A stretch of 64,000 nucleotides of DNA from Tubiluchus corallicola (taxonomy: Eukaryota > Animalia > Priapulida). The notes beneath the pieces are model-generated. The model ran no database searches. It was not told the origin of the DNA and saw nothing but the letters and a program-made list of their open reading frames with translations. Both the position numbers and the translations under genes were made by a program. The number at the start of each line of letters is the position of its first letter. Position 1 is the first letter of the stretch. This document shows positions 53,501 to 64,000 of the stretch, piece after piece. The stretch is from assembly GCA_030141605.1 (NCBI GenBank), contig JAQGDQ010000124.1, positions 1-64,000 on the forward strand. The letters are read 5' to 3'.

Positions 53501-56500
53501 CCAAATTTATGATAATCGACAATAAGCAAATTAACAATGCTAATAATCAAAAATTTCATATTATAATAAACAAACACAAAATTGAAGAAACAGACAACAT
53601 CAAATACTTGGGCCTACTCATTGATAATAAATTAACATGGGACACATATAAAACACATAACATACAAATTAAGTCGAATTACTGGAATAATTTTAAAAGT
53701 AAGGCACCACGTTGACCAATATATTCTGAAACTTCTATATAATTCGTTACTTTTCCCTTATTTACAATATTCCATCTTAACATGGGGTACAGCTTTTGCA
53801 TCAACTCAAAAATTAATACAGACACAACAAAACAAAATAGTAAAATTAATAACTTTTGCTCGCAAATATGATCATGCTACACCATCGTTCGTAAAATTAG
53901 AAATTTTAAAAGTAAGAGATATTTACAATCTTGAGTTGTTCAAATTTATGTATAAATTCAATGCTGGTTTATTACCCGAACTTTTTAGTGAATATTTCAC
54001 TAATGTTTCTGATATACATTCCTACTCCACAAGAGCTGCTTCTAATGAACAGTATTTTGTGGAGAGATTTTTTACCCGACATGGTTTCAATAGCTTAAAA
54101 TCACGAGGAGTTAAATTATGGAACTCGTTGCCAAAAGATACCTTTGGCGGTAGCTTATTTTCTGCTTCCAAAAAATACACAGAATTCTTACTAAATGAAT
54201 ATACCTGTAATACATAACTTGTAAGACTAATAAGCAAGCTATCAAGTGTGTTTTTTTCTTCTCATCTCCTAAGTAATTGTTGCTCTTTCTTATACTTACT
54301 TTTTCTCTTAAATTTTCTATATTACACTTTTTTTGATACTTATTTTATCTCTCCATACAGTCGAAATCCCCTGTCAATAAGGCCCCTATTTGAAAATATA
54401 TATAATAATCATAATTACTTGTATTAATTGTATTGTTTTGTTTAGATTTTGGTGTCATCTAACTTTATTATTTTTTGTTTTCACTTATACTGTTTTCATT
54501 TATACTTTGTTTTCATTTATACTGTTTATTATTATTATTTTTTTCCTATTTGATTTTGTTATCCGCAGTCTCACCATTTACTTTTAATATACTAATTTAA
54601 TTATTAGACAGGGCAGGAGACTAGATGACCCTATGGTCCTTCCCTGCCCTGCTCCACTACTATAATTAAGTAATATTTGAAAAAAACTTGTCATGTCAAA
54701 CAAATGGAGAAAATAAATGTTCTATGTCTATGTCTATGTCTATGTGGTCTACTGTTCCAGCAATTTTCAGGAATAGAAAGTTTCACCATTACTTTCTTAG
54801 GTCTCGTCTCTTATGTTTTCTGTCTTTGTACATTGATTAGAGTTCATACTTGTATTTCTTTCATTTGTCATACACCCAGCACTGACTCAGTTATAAGTTT
54901 ACAATAAAAAATCCTTAAATGGAGTGTAAAAAACTTTCCAGAAAAAAGCAAACATTCACTTTCGAGCCTTTACAAACACAAACTTGTACCTTTCCATCCT
55001 GACCACCAGTGACAATGTTCTGTCCATCTGGAGAATATGCTAAAGAGTTCATGTTGTTGAAATGACCCTGTTGTTTGAGTATGTATGTCTCACTCTGCCA
55101 TTCCCACACCAGTAACTGTCCGAGACCTTTACAACCAAATGCAATCCAGTCCCCAGTGCAGTTAAACATTATGCTCGATATCTCATGATTTGATATGCTA
55201 AAGTAAAAAAACAAGCAGTGAATTATGCAAAGAATTACTTGAGCTAATTTCAGACATTAAGTCTGATTAAAAATGTCATTTTTATTGCTCAGTCATGTAG
55301 CATTAATGTGAGCCAAGCACAAAGAGTGGACACTTTTGGCCAAAGTTCGCATTATGGTTCAGTACGATTGTTATTTAGTTATGAATTGAGGTATAATATT
55401 TTAATAGTTTGTTTATATATACATGTGTTTAGTCAGTCAAAACTATGTCACATTTTTTGAAGGGGCGGTCAAAATGCTTGGAATGCCGTTGACTTGGCTA
55501 GAGAAAAGACGTAATATCTAAAGATTCTTCCCTTGCGAAATAAGCAGAGATAAGCATTTGATATTTTTATATAAGAACTTGTTCTTCAGTAATGATGATT
55601 CAAGTTAAAAAGAAAATTATGTTCCAAACTGTAAAATAAAAACATTTCTGTTTCTAAAGTAAAGTATTTAATTATCTAGTTAATTAACCCAACTAAAGAG
55701 CCATAATAGTACTGTTGGAGAAGCAGCAGCCTCTTAAGAACTACAGCTTATTTGAAACCTTTCAGAATAAGTGAAGAAATGAAAAGAAAACATGGCAGTT
55801 TTTAGTTATATGTTTCGTTTGGATGCCCAAGTTAAAAAAACAGTTGCTAATAAAGATCGAAAACAATGGCGCTAGAAATAGTGAAAACGACATAAAATGC
55901 TATCCAGTCCCCAGTGCAGTTAAACATTATGCTCGATATCTCATGATTTGATATGCTAAAGTAAAAAAACAAGCAGTGAATTATGCAAAGAATTACTAAA
56001 GCTAAGTTCAGACATTAAGTCTGATTAAAAAGGTTATTTTTATTGCTCAGTCATGTAGCATTAATGTGAGCCAAGCACAAAGAGTGGACACTTTTGGCCA
56101 AAGTTCGCATTATGGTTCAGTACGATTGTTATTTAGTTATGAATTGAGGTATAATATTTTAATAGTTTGTTTATATATACATGTGTTTAGTCAGTCAAAA
56201 CTATGTTACATTTTTTGAAGGGGCGGTCAAAATGCTTGGAATGCCATTGACTTGGCTAGAGAAAAGACGTAATATCTAAAGATTCTTCCCTTGCGAAATA
56301 AGCAGAGATAAGCATTTGATGTTTTTATATAAGAACTTGTTCTTCAGTAATGATGATTCAAGTTAAAAAGAAAATTATGTTCCAAACTGTAAAATAAAAA
56401 CAAATAAATAAGTATTTAATTATCTAGTTAATTAATCCAAGTAAAAAGCCATAATAGTATTCTTGTGGAAGCAGCAGCCTCCTAAGAACTATAGCTTATT

Positions 56501-59500
56501 TGAAACCTTCCAGAATAAGTGAAGAAATGAAATAAAACATGGCAGTTTTTAGTTATATGTTTCGTTTGGATGCCCAAGTTAAAAAAACAGTTGCTAATAA
56601 AGATCGAAAACAATGGCGCTAAAAATAGTGAAAACGACATAAAAGCAACTGCATACATAGATAAGCAAATATGCAGTACTACCAAGAGTAATAGGTGTAA
56701 GCATAAAACAAAACAATACTGACGAGTTTACACGTTAGAATAAGATTACCAATATTAATTTTAGATAAATTTACCTTAGCGAGTGTATCAGGTTAAAGTC
56801 AGGCATTTCATGTAGAAAGAAAGAACCATTGGAAAACCCAGCCACAAGTATGTGTGTTTGCTTGTGGTAGCTAGCACTAGTTAAAAGCACATAACCTTGG
56901 CCACGTAGATCTTTATATGAATGCCTACAAATGTGGAATAGCATAGTTAACAACAGCTATTATTCCTTGTTTCACACGTGACTTTAAATGAGCTTTGACT
57001 AATTTTTGTATTTTAATACATGCTACAAAAAACACTGACAATTACAAATAAATAGTTAATCCATACACACAGAATTGCAGATAAGCTTAATAAGGCAAAA
57101 ACGTATCCATGTTATGAACAGTTATCAATGGGTTAAATCAACAAACAACTTTGTAAAATCCCATACAAAACTCTGTAAAAGCTTTCACTAAAACTCCATA
57201 CTTGATTTAAGAAAGGTAAGAAAATATGACATTTCACTGATTTGGAATTTTTGGAGTTTAGAAAAATCAAAGCGTCTCTTCAAACTTATCGATTTTTTTC
57301 ACTTTTTTCATTTACTTGTGTTTTATTTAGGAAGCTCTCACATTTGAATATCTTTGTTGAAATATGAAAAAAACAGCAAATTTTAATAGCAGGAAATCTT
57401 ACAGCAAATGGACTTCAAGAGGAAACTTACAGGACAGCATTATAATCTTAAATGTCAAAAACATTAAAATATGTCATTAATGGCATAAACCCACATTTAA
57501 TTAAATTTTGATACCAAACATTGGAAGTCAGAGAATGTGAAAAATTGGGACACTTATAATAATTAATTTATTATCCACAGATATTTCAAGTCAGAAATAA
57601 TCAAAAATATAAGAAAATAATATAATTAGTCACTTAGAATCACTCTAATGTGAGCAATCTATCATTGAAAATGCTGAATTTGGTTGGATAGCTATAAGGA
57701 ATGAACTTTGAACTGCCTTGATCAATACGGAGGTTGCAATGGCCTAGTGGTGGAAGACATCTGTCTGATAAACAGAATGTCCTGGTTCAAATTCAGGTGG
57801 AACTTTTTAACTCTTAATGACTTCCAAGTTTGAAATCGAAATCTAATTAATTGATGAGCCTGATATCAGAATTTAATTCATTGTGAGTTACATTTAATGC
57901 CATTAATGAAGAAATCTGATTCAAGCTTGGGACATGCAGGCTATAAGCCTAAAATGCCAACAATTGATTCTTTTGCTTTTATCACTCTGCCAAGCTTGAT
58001 TAAATAACATCAAGCTTGAATAACAAGCTTCATTACCATCTTATAAATTAAAAGTAATTCAACTAAAGTAATTTTGAAGAAGTCATACTTTGCAAGTCGT
58101 TTATATTTGATTTGCTCTTGAGTTTCCATCTCTTTTGCTTGCTCCAGCTCTCCTTTTTTCACATGAAAAAGAAAAAGACAGAAAATAATTTCATAAGCAA
58201 AGTGACAACATGTTTGACTTTACAAACACAACTTATTCAATAGTTTTTACACGCAAATATAACCGTAACTTGTTACACTGTTACGACTAGTCAAATCTTA
58301 TTACTGAAGTGAATGAAATTTCGATGAGCATAAATTTGTTGAGATGTATAAACTGTTAGGTTAATCAGTTTTTCAATTTTGTTACATTTTTTTTGTAATA
58401 CAATTCTGTTGCACAAAACAGTGAAAATTCTCACTTTTTTGTGCAACAGAACCATCAGCAATGGAAATAGATCTGCACAGCTGTCTAGCAAATCATAAAT
58501 GATGCCACAAAACTGACATTTAAGATTTCATATTTATGGGGTGACTTCATTACCATCTTCATTACCAATTAACAGGTAACTTTAACAGCACTATAACCAA
58601 ATAACTAAATCACCTCACTCACAAGGACAAAAATGAATGAAAGTCATAATTGATCAACATTCAAGTATGGAAACCACATTCAATACATTTTTTTTGAAAG
58701 ATAAATACATGTTTTCTCACCATCCTGGCCATTTATATTGGCTTGTGCTGGATTTGTCTCCTTTTCTCCATCTTCGTAACTGCCCACACTTACAAGCTCA
58801 TTTTCAGCAGCAGAATTGAGCGAAATTAATCCATCTAAATCCGTATCACTTTCCCAGACACACAGCTGCCCGTTCTGACTTATAGTATAAATCTGACATC
58901 AAATGTTAAGTAAAACATATAGAAATAAGAGATTTGATGCAAATTTCTACTTAAGAATAATTGCCTTAGCTGAAAGCACCTTCTTCTTAATGATATTTGA
59001 GAAGACCTTCAGAGATTGATAAAGAACCACTGGATTTCATCTCTACGCCTCAAAAGACGGAAATGCACTTGAATGTGCTACTTTTTTCTTAGTCTGTTTT
59101 GTTTTGATGTGCCACCACCATCTACTGCCAGTAAAAAAATCAAGCGATGCATTTTCGGCTTTTAACTTTAAACACAGTGTGATAGCTAGCTTAAACAATA
59201 TGACAATATGCAATAAAAATTTGTGACAGGCAGTGTTCTGAAAGAAGCATAGTAAAAAACGAGAGCACACAGCTTGCCAAGGCACATCTATAATTGTACA
59301 TTTCACGATTACAACAGGTACAGCCTTTCGTTCACTAGAAAAAGATTTAAACTCTAAGTAAACTCTTAGTTAGATGAGAAAGAAAATTAATCACAAATAA
59401 GAAAATTAACGACTAATGTATTCAATATCTTCTGGTTGCTCATCAAATAAATGAAGTCTGAAAAAAGAACATATGTAATCAATAGCTAAAATTCACTTTT

Positions 59501-62500
59501 TGGGGTGATTTCATACTGTAATATGACTTTCTGTGATGTACGAGTTTTCTTTTTTAATTCAACGATACGATATGATTCTTCTTGGTTAGCAGTCTTATTT
59601 TATTTGCATTTAGTACAGCATTAACTGTTCAATATTTTGCTTACTTTGTTATTAGAGATCTGTTCCGCTTTATTGTTTTTTAAGGGATGGCTGTTAGCAA
59701 GTTAGACGGTATCAAATAAATTGCTCTGCCACATTTATAATGTTATCTTCCTTCCCTTCTGTTTTTGTATTTGTAATTGTACCTAGTACTACTATACATT
59801 CATAGGATACATCCAATGAATTCAGTTCGAAGAAACAGTTGATGATGACATCACTGTGTCCACCAAGTCCGTAGGTAACTAGATTGGACAAACGTGTTGC
59901 AGCCTGCACTCGCGTACTGGTATCCCTGCTACCTGCTGCAAACACCCTGAAAAATAAAATACGAAAGTCGAGAATAACCAGTTTTCTTAGCATAGCATGG
60001 AAAGCATCTTTTCAGATTAATCTCAGACAGAAAATGTGACTAATGCAAATAAGCTCAGCACTGCACAATGATCCTGAGTTCAACCGAAAATGACACACAA
60101 GAATTCCGCTCCAACCGAGTTATGTTTTTGATAAATCACGTCACACTGAAGCAATGCAGGACGGAACACATGTACTTCAATTGCTTCTGGTTACAGTTTA
60201 TGTTCCACAAAAATTTTAATTACAGATGCACATTCCTAGAGTGCACACACTATGCAGCACATCAAGAATAAGAAAAAATATCATAAAACAGAAATTCAAT
60301 ACTCACTGGTCAAAGGTCGAATCTTAGTGACCTTTGCCTGACTCAGGTGCATACATGAGCTACTTATTCATAAATAGAATGTTTGAATGGAATGATCAAC
60401 ATGATCATTCATTTCATGATGTGCCTTTCATTAAAGGCAATAAGCAGATCTATGTGGATTTAAACTTAAGTACCGGGAATCTGTAGTCCAGTCAATACAA
60501 GTAGTCGCATCATAAGCGCCGTAAAAGTTTCGGTAAAGAGCAAATGGGTTAAATTCATTGGTGTGCGGTCCTGGTGCATGGAATACCTGCACAAGACTAT
60601 CTTTTGTAACAGCGAACTTTCTAGAATTAAAGAAAATGTCATTAAACATAGAAATTTACTAAATAACCAACATGATTAATATCCAATTGGTTAATTTGTT
60701 AATTAACTAAAATTGTAATGCACTTACTAGCCTAGTAAAAAAAAGTTTTGCATCACACCAGGAAGTTAAAAGGTCCTGTTTTGTTATTATCTTAAATTAT
60801 ACAATTATCTTGAAATCGGCTATTATTCACACGTGCAGTAATAGCAATTTTACATAGATAAAAATGATGCATAAAGGTATAAAATGTGAAGCTTCCATCA
60901 AATAAAGTAAAATCAAATGACATACTTCATTCGTCAAGAGCACTAATCTAACCAAATTTTCAAACACAGGTGCAGAAAAGTAATAATTCGATATTATACG
61001 GTGCAGAACAAACTAATTGGAAGTACTTGAACACATATACCACTCACAAACTGTGTATTATACAGACAAATGGCGATAACTATGATAGCAATGAAATCCA
61101 ATTTCATCTTCAAAATGCCATATGAAAAACCAGCCTGATCAACATGTTAACTCACTGATAATGATGACCACACTGCAGGGAATGACACTTGATGTAAAGT
61201 TCATGAACGAAAAAGACTGCATTACCTGCCATCTGGGCTGAAGCTAATGGCATGAACCCGACTGTAGAAGTGATACCGACGTAATACTGTTTTGCTTACT
61301 AAGCTGCAAAGCAATGCTTCACCCTCTGAAAAAATTATGAAGGCACGTAAAACAATGAATAGTTACGTTGATTATTGATAGATCACGAAAAGCATCGAAC
61401 CAAAAGTTTTCAATTGCTGCTGAAAGCAGCTCGTCACACTGAACTTACTTTATTTATTTCATTTATTTCAAATAAGAACTACTACTGCGAAGAAGATATG
61501 CCTAGTCCATTCGAACACTATTGCAGTGTAGCATCACATGGAGTTTGCACAAAATCTTGAAGAAAGAAAGCTACTATCATTTTCTGTCATTTAATAATAC
61601 TAATTCAGCTTCAATCAGTTTCTTTCATGAAAGAAAATACCACATTTCTCACAAGTAATTTCGGAATAGAACTCCAAAGTACGTTCATGAGAAGGCATAT
61701 TTAACAAACACGAATGCTGTAGCTCAGACTGACACACCAATCAGCGAATGACACACCACATGAGGCCTGACTTCGCATGTAAGGAAATGTTCTTGGTAGT
61801 TACTATTTTTCTATAAAATGAGGACCTTTTTTAAGTAACAAAAACACGATCAGTAGTTTTGTCAACTATCATAAATAATGTTTAGGGATTATTTCCGTAT
61901 GAATTATTCTGCTTGGAGGTGACATGGTCGTCAGATTTTCCATGTTTGTGTTAAACAACAAAGCACTTATATAGGTGCACTTGTGTGGAACATGAGCACG
62001 TCTGAATATTCTGACATATAGTCTTAAAATAACTCTCCGCCCACAAAGGTTTGTATCAGTCTCTTGCTATCATAGTCATGCATATTATAAATAATTATGG
62101 TCATTTATTCTCTTCCTGACCAAAATCCGTTAGCTGCTTTGACTTGTGCTGCTTCGATGAAAGAAGCATCTTGCAACACTGGATAAGAATAAATTGAAGG
62201 AAGTCGGATAATTATGTTGTCTTATGTTGGCTAATATTTATCTGACTCCTGAAGCTATACGCTGTCTTTACAAATCCATCATTCGACCTTGTGTTGAATA
62301 CTGCAGTGTCAAGCAAGCTGGTGCCTCAGCTTGCTACGTTAATCCACATGACAGACTGCAAAACTGTACTGTCAATCTGGTTAGACTTGATTTTGTACAG
62401 ATGTGGCCATTTGCCAACTTTGGTGATTACAGTTTCATGTTTTCATTTTATCATGCAGACAGACACAGATAGACAGTCACGCACACTGATGCAACTAAAC

Positions 62501-62750
62501 GCAACAAGTGTTACACTATATTGTTGGTGTTGCTGAACAAAACAACCAAATAGTTACCTACCCTAAGTGCAATTCATTTAAAACAGTTTATTAATTCATA
62601 GTTTTTTTAACAAAATGTCAGTCTTAACTGTTCAATCCCAGTACTAGCCATTTACCTGAATCGACAACAATGAGTGTAATACCGTCTGGAGACAATGCAA
62701 CGCAGTCAATGTTACACCGGCTTTCAATGGGTAGAGTTTCTGACCGATTA
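38388..62750 (-). CDS. PWP2: Periodic tryptophan protein 2 (UTP1, SSU processome WD40 protein); 18 exons in window, 5' exon(s) beyond the right edge
   Basis: Eighteen GT-AG exons join in frame to a TAG at 38390-38388 (about 875 codons). Motifs LGQLLVWEWQSETYILKQQGH, GFCFVTFTEHT, SLDGTVRAFDLNRYRNFRTFTSP, GHEGPVS, FSPTGRAWAATTTEGLLIYSLD..FDPFDLD. Confidence 0.97.
38623..39134. mobile_element. hAT-type MITE in the last PWP2 intron
   Basis: TIR cagtggcggctcatg / cacgagccgccactg (14/15) and perfect 8-bp TSD tttgtacc. Confidence 0.92.
40888..41113 (-). CDS. PWP2: PWP2 exon (Utp12-like C-terminal domain)
   Basis: SLPDVYVDKMLSF...SRHIQFYLSW...LQKSI. Confidence 0.92.
42040..42166 (-). CDS. PWP2: PWP2 exon
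   Basis: VTPESV...LMLAFRLNE...EKIP. Confidence 0.92.
42474..42873. mobile_element. Decayed MITE with tttccctga subterminal repeats
   Basis: Ends cagtgttcc / ggaaccgtg, repeated tttccctga/tttccatga near both ends; TSD poorly preserved. Confidence 0.55.
43657..43748 (-). CDS. PWP2: PWP2 exon
   Basis: GRAWAATTTEGLLIYSLDNSLVFDPFDLDIE. Confidence 0.94.
44059..44230 (-). CDS. PWP2: PWP2 exon
   Basis: EFLDRRRMTEFGN...LPGVKKGDM...FSPT. Confidence 0.94.
44774..44921 (-). CDS. PWP2: PWP2 exon
   Basis: AFTTLCYTADGDCIIAAGQSKNVCIY...FEITCNLS. Confidence 0.94.
44905..45083. repeat. About 89-bp diverged tandem duplication spanning a PWP2 3' splice site
   Basis: aatgtggtaaaagccctagaaaa recurs as aatgtggtaaaagtcctagaaaa 89 nt further on, and similarity continues. 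Confidence 0.8.
45481..45792. repeat. 19-bp minisatellite (gcattcRYRtcRcattaca), about 16 copies
   Basis: Directly visible tandem array in a PWP2 intron. Confidence 0.93.
46228..46408 (-). CDS. PWP2: PWP2 exon
   Basis: FRPDGEQLAVATLDCQITFWD...IEGRRD. Confidence 0.94.
46525..47090. mobile_element. Decayed Tc1/pogo-type MITE
   Basis: TA|cagtaa ... ttactg|TA with subterminal cgttaa/ttaacg motifs; right TIR partly deleted. Confidence 0.55.
47187..47337 (-). CDS. PWP2: PWP2 exon
   Basis: VLLGHEGPVSSL...SWDKTVKVWD. Confidence 0.95.
47978..48240 (+). mobile_element. tRNA-derived SINE (decayed)
   Basis: ggcgcggtggctgagtg A-box and ggttcaaatccc B-box at tRNA spacing, followed by non-tRNA body; 3' boundary approximate. 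Confidence 0.55.
48274..48421 (-). CDS. PWP2: PWP2 exon
   Basis: YRNFRTFTSPQPTQ...VWSMQTGRLLE. Confidence 0.94.
49091..49239 (-). CDS. PWP2: PWP2 exon
   Basis: VKVWSTASGFCFVTFTEHT...SLDGTVRAFDLN. Confidence 0.95.
49969..50919 (+). CDS. LINE ORF1 protein (coiled coil plus L1-type RRM and C-terminal domain)
   Basis: 316-aa intact ORF; heptad region, LEQYSRRECLEITGIP, SHRL, IYINESLT, FKYLWTKNGRI. Confidence 0.88.
   Translation: MMETRGSKNPKRTQSVAEMSEQNASTSNAPNNSNMAGKQTASEQTADTTQNLPTNTQSMQNNTTAAGDQSVSLQCLNAIRSLQEQVRALDRKFSEETEEIKQSQQFISNSFEDMKKEISGVVTQVNSLTTKVKSLELTVATLQESVKDKDATIDRLEQYSRRECLEITGIPVTKGEDTDEIVKDLANSMGVQIDDSDISVSHRLPANVRKETPKIILKFVRKTKRDEMYKKRGEVTYTSDLPTGSYHYGRQRIYINESLTQKRKQLFYDVKQFKKEKYFKYLWTKNGRILLKYNDESEVFAIETQTDFRKVVNKTN
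50945..54217 (+). pseudogene. LINE ORF2 (PHD finger, APE endonuclease, reverse transcriptase), frameshifted
   Basis: MPVRHPCNKC..CDNCYQWTHLRC (PHD); ALSETRL, GDININ, LIDHIY, ADHLPI (APE); NYRPISLL, LDLSKAFDTV, GVPQGSNLGP, FADDT, KYLG (RT). Frame breaks near 51080, 52510 and 53640. Confidence 0.92.
54990..55197 (-). CDS. PWP2: PWP2 exon
   Basis: SISNHEI...GDWIAFGCKGLGQLLVWEWQSE...TGGQDGK. Confidence 0.95.
55137..56644. repeat. About 750-bp high-identity tandem duplication (55137-55894 / 55895-56644) including a PWP2 acceptor and partial exon
   Basis: Near-identical copies offset by 758 nt, with scattered substitutions and a small indel near 56400. Confidence 0.96.
56775..56924 (-). CDS. PWP2: PWP2 exon
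   Basis: LTSASYHKQTHILVAGFSNGSFFLHEMPDFNLIHSL. Confidence 0.93.
57732..57805 (+). tRNA. tRNA-like sequence or pseudogene, anticodon GAT
   Basis: A-box tggcctagtgg; anticodon arm TCTGT-ctGATaa-ACAGA; T arm CCTGG-ttcaaat-TCAGG; acceptor GGTTGCA/TGGAACT with a mismatch; ends in a T5 run. Confidence 0.5.
58089..58152 (-). CDS. PWP2: PWP2 exon
   Basis: GELEQAKEMETQEQIKYKRLAK; bridges phase 1 to 2; acceptor is weak (aaaAG). Confidence 0.75.
58721..58892 (-). CDS. PWP2: PWP2 exon
   Basis: IYTISQNGQLCVWESDT followed by an acidic loop. Confidence 0.88.
59811..59946 (-). CDS. PWP2: PWP2 exon
   Basis: VFAAGSRDTSTRV...LGGHSD...NSLD. Confidence 0.93.
60474..60620 (-). CDS. PWP2: PWP2 exon
   Basis: KFAVTK...EFNPF...CIDWTTDS. 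Confidence 0.93.
61226..61325 (-). CDS. PWP2: PWP2 exon
   Basis: EGEALLCSLVSKTVL...ISFSPDG. Confidence 0.92.
62224..62420 (+). mobile_element. Short decayed LINE ORF2 fragment
   Basis: LYKSIIRPCVEYCS...A.....DRLQN, typical post-RT motif of CR1/Jockey-group LINEs. Confidence 0.6.
62656..62750 (-). CDS. PWP2: PWP2 exon (first in window)
   Basis: NRSETLPIESRCNIDCVALSPDGITLIVVDS. Confidence 0.9.
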
Positions 62751-64000
62751 CTGTAAGATCACAACAGAAAATTAGAAAAAGTTGGTTTTATTTTCTCTAA
62801 TTTGTCAACATATATATAAACAGCAAACATAGTAGAATTAAAAAAGTTAAAATTGAGCAAATATCATATCAACATGTATAAATGGTAAAAAGTAGCTGTA
62901 CTGTAGCCTTTAAATATTAAATCAAAGGCTACAGTCATCACTAAATCATTAAAGGAAAAGTCAAGTCTTCTGGGAAGTTAGGCTCATTTTAATGCTTGGG
63001 AAAAATGTTAGAACTTAGAATTAAACTGTGACAAAAGCCTCCAGTAATCAGTGAAATCAGTTTTTTCAAAGTCGTGATCATTTCACACTTGGGTGCTCTC
63101 ACTTTGAACGCCAATTCTCCTAGCAATGATATCTTTCATTGCCTGAAGAAAAGCAAAGCACTGTAAATTCCGTCAAAAATATTATAAGTTTTTTTTACAT
63201 TACAAATTAGACAGTTAACTTTGTGATACTTTTACACGAACATTACTTGACTTGCAGAAGTTTGAATTAGCTTAAGCAGCACGCACTTATGGAAAGTAAT
63301 GATACACTTACGAAAAGTCACAAAGTCCACCAGTTAGTCATAATTTTGAAGTGGATGGTGGCTACCACTGCGTCTGAAAACTTCTATGCAATGGCAGTAT
63401 TAAAATTACCTTTATGCTTTACAGACAGTTTTTTGCGAATTTCTTTATTACATTTTTCTAAGTTTAAGTGATAACAGTAAAATAATCTCAACATGTTAAG
63501 TGATTTGTGCCTTCTTTTAAGTAATCACTAACTGGCATACGCTTCTTATACATTACGCTGCTAGCCGGGGGATTCAGCACTTAGTAGTGGTATTCAGTAT
63601 GAAATATCATGGAGTGAGAGAATTTAACATCATATTTTTTCAAGGATACTCTTCAGAAATGCGACACGGAACTGGCAAAGATGGCCGACCAACATTTCAA
63701 ATACATTATGCATCCTCATGCAAGAAAATAATTTTGTAAATAATTGGAAATAGTACCAACAACAGTTCAAAAACTAACTTAAAATATAAAGTAACATGGC
63801 ATTCCTTTCAAACAAGAAAATTGTGTGTTATGGGCCAAATTACCCATATAATTAGTTTCCTGTTTTGCCTAAATTCATTTTTTATTTTCCCAATTGAAGA
63901 AGCCATCAACTTGACTGGACAGGTAAGCAGTTGCTGGTAGATTGGTAGATTGGTTATTGCAGAGACCTGGCACCTTGTTTACAAACTTACTTGTAATGTT

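Larger units (their letters stand above)
49460..54746 (+). mobile_element. Near-full-length CR1/L2-group (Crack/Daphne-like) non-LTR retrotransposon, antisense in a PWP2 intron
   Basis: ORF1, then ORF2 (PHD, APE, RT), T-rich 3' UTR, hairpin, AATAAA and (TCTATG)n tail; 5' boundary approximate, no clear TSD. Confidence 0.93.

Noticed and set aside
63980-64000. Donor-like site at the window edge as the preceding PWP2 exon
   Set aside because: The few visible codons do not match the expected ...FDLK end, and the sequence is too short to judge.

Overview
AT-rich animal (invertebrate-like) nuclear DNA, not prokaryotic. It holds three protein-coding genes. (1) The 5' part of an intron-rich CD109/TEP-like alpha-2-macroglobulin-family gene on the - strand: 14 phase-consistent exons, 30113->7055, 586 codons; no further exon was found in the window. 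(2) An intronless NDUFS3 (complex I 30 kDa subunit) on the + strand, 36827-37645. (3) PWP2/UTP1 on the - strand: 18 phase-consistent exons, 62750->38388; the first exon(s) lie beyond the right edge. Introns and spacers contain a near-full-length CR1/L2-group LINE antisense inside PWP2, several decayed LINEs, hAT-, Tc1/pogo- and piggyBac-type MITEs, tRNA-derived repeats and long simple repeats. The most notable unexplained structures are two independent tandem duplications in PWP2 that each place a copy of a 3' splice site upstream of the real one, the probable retrogene status of NDUFS3, a tRNA-like repeat forming a foldback and an inverted pair around TEP exon 1, a near-complete tRNA cloverleaf with a GAT anticodon, and a microsatellite reading as tandem 5' splice-site consensus. 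I see no firm evidence for a wholly new biological system. All calls were made by eye without database searches.
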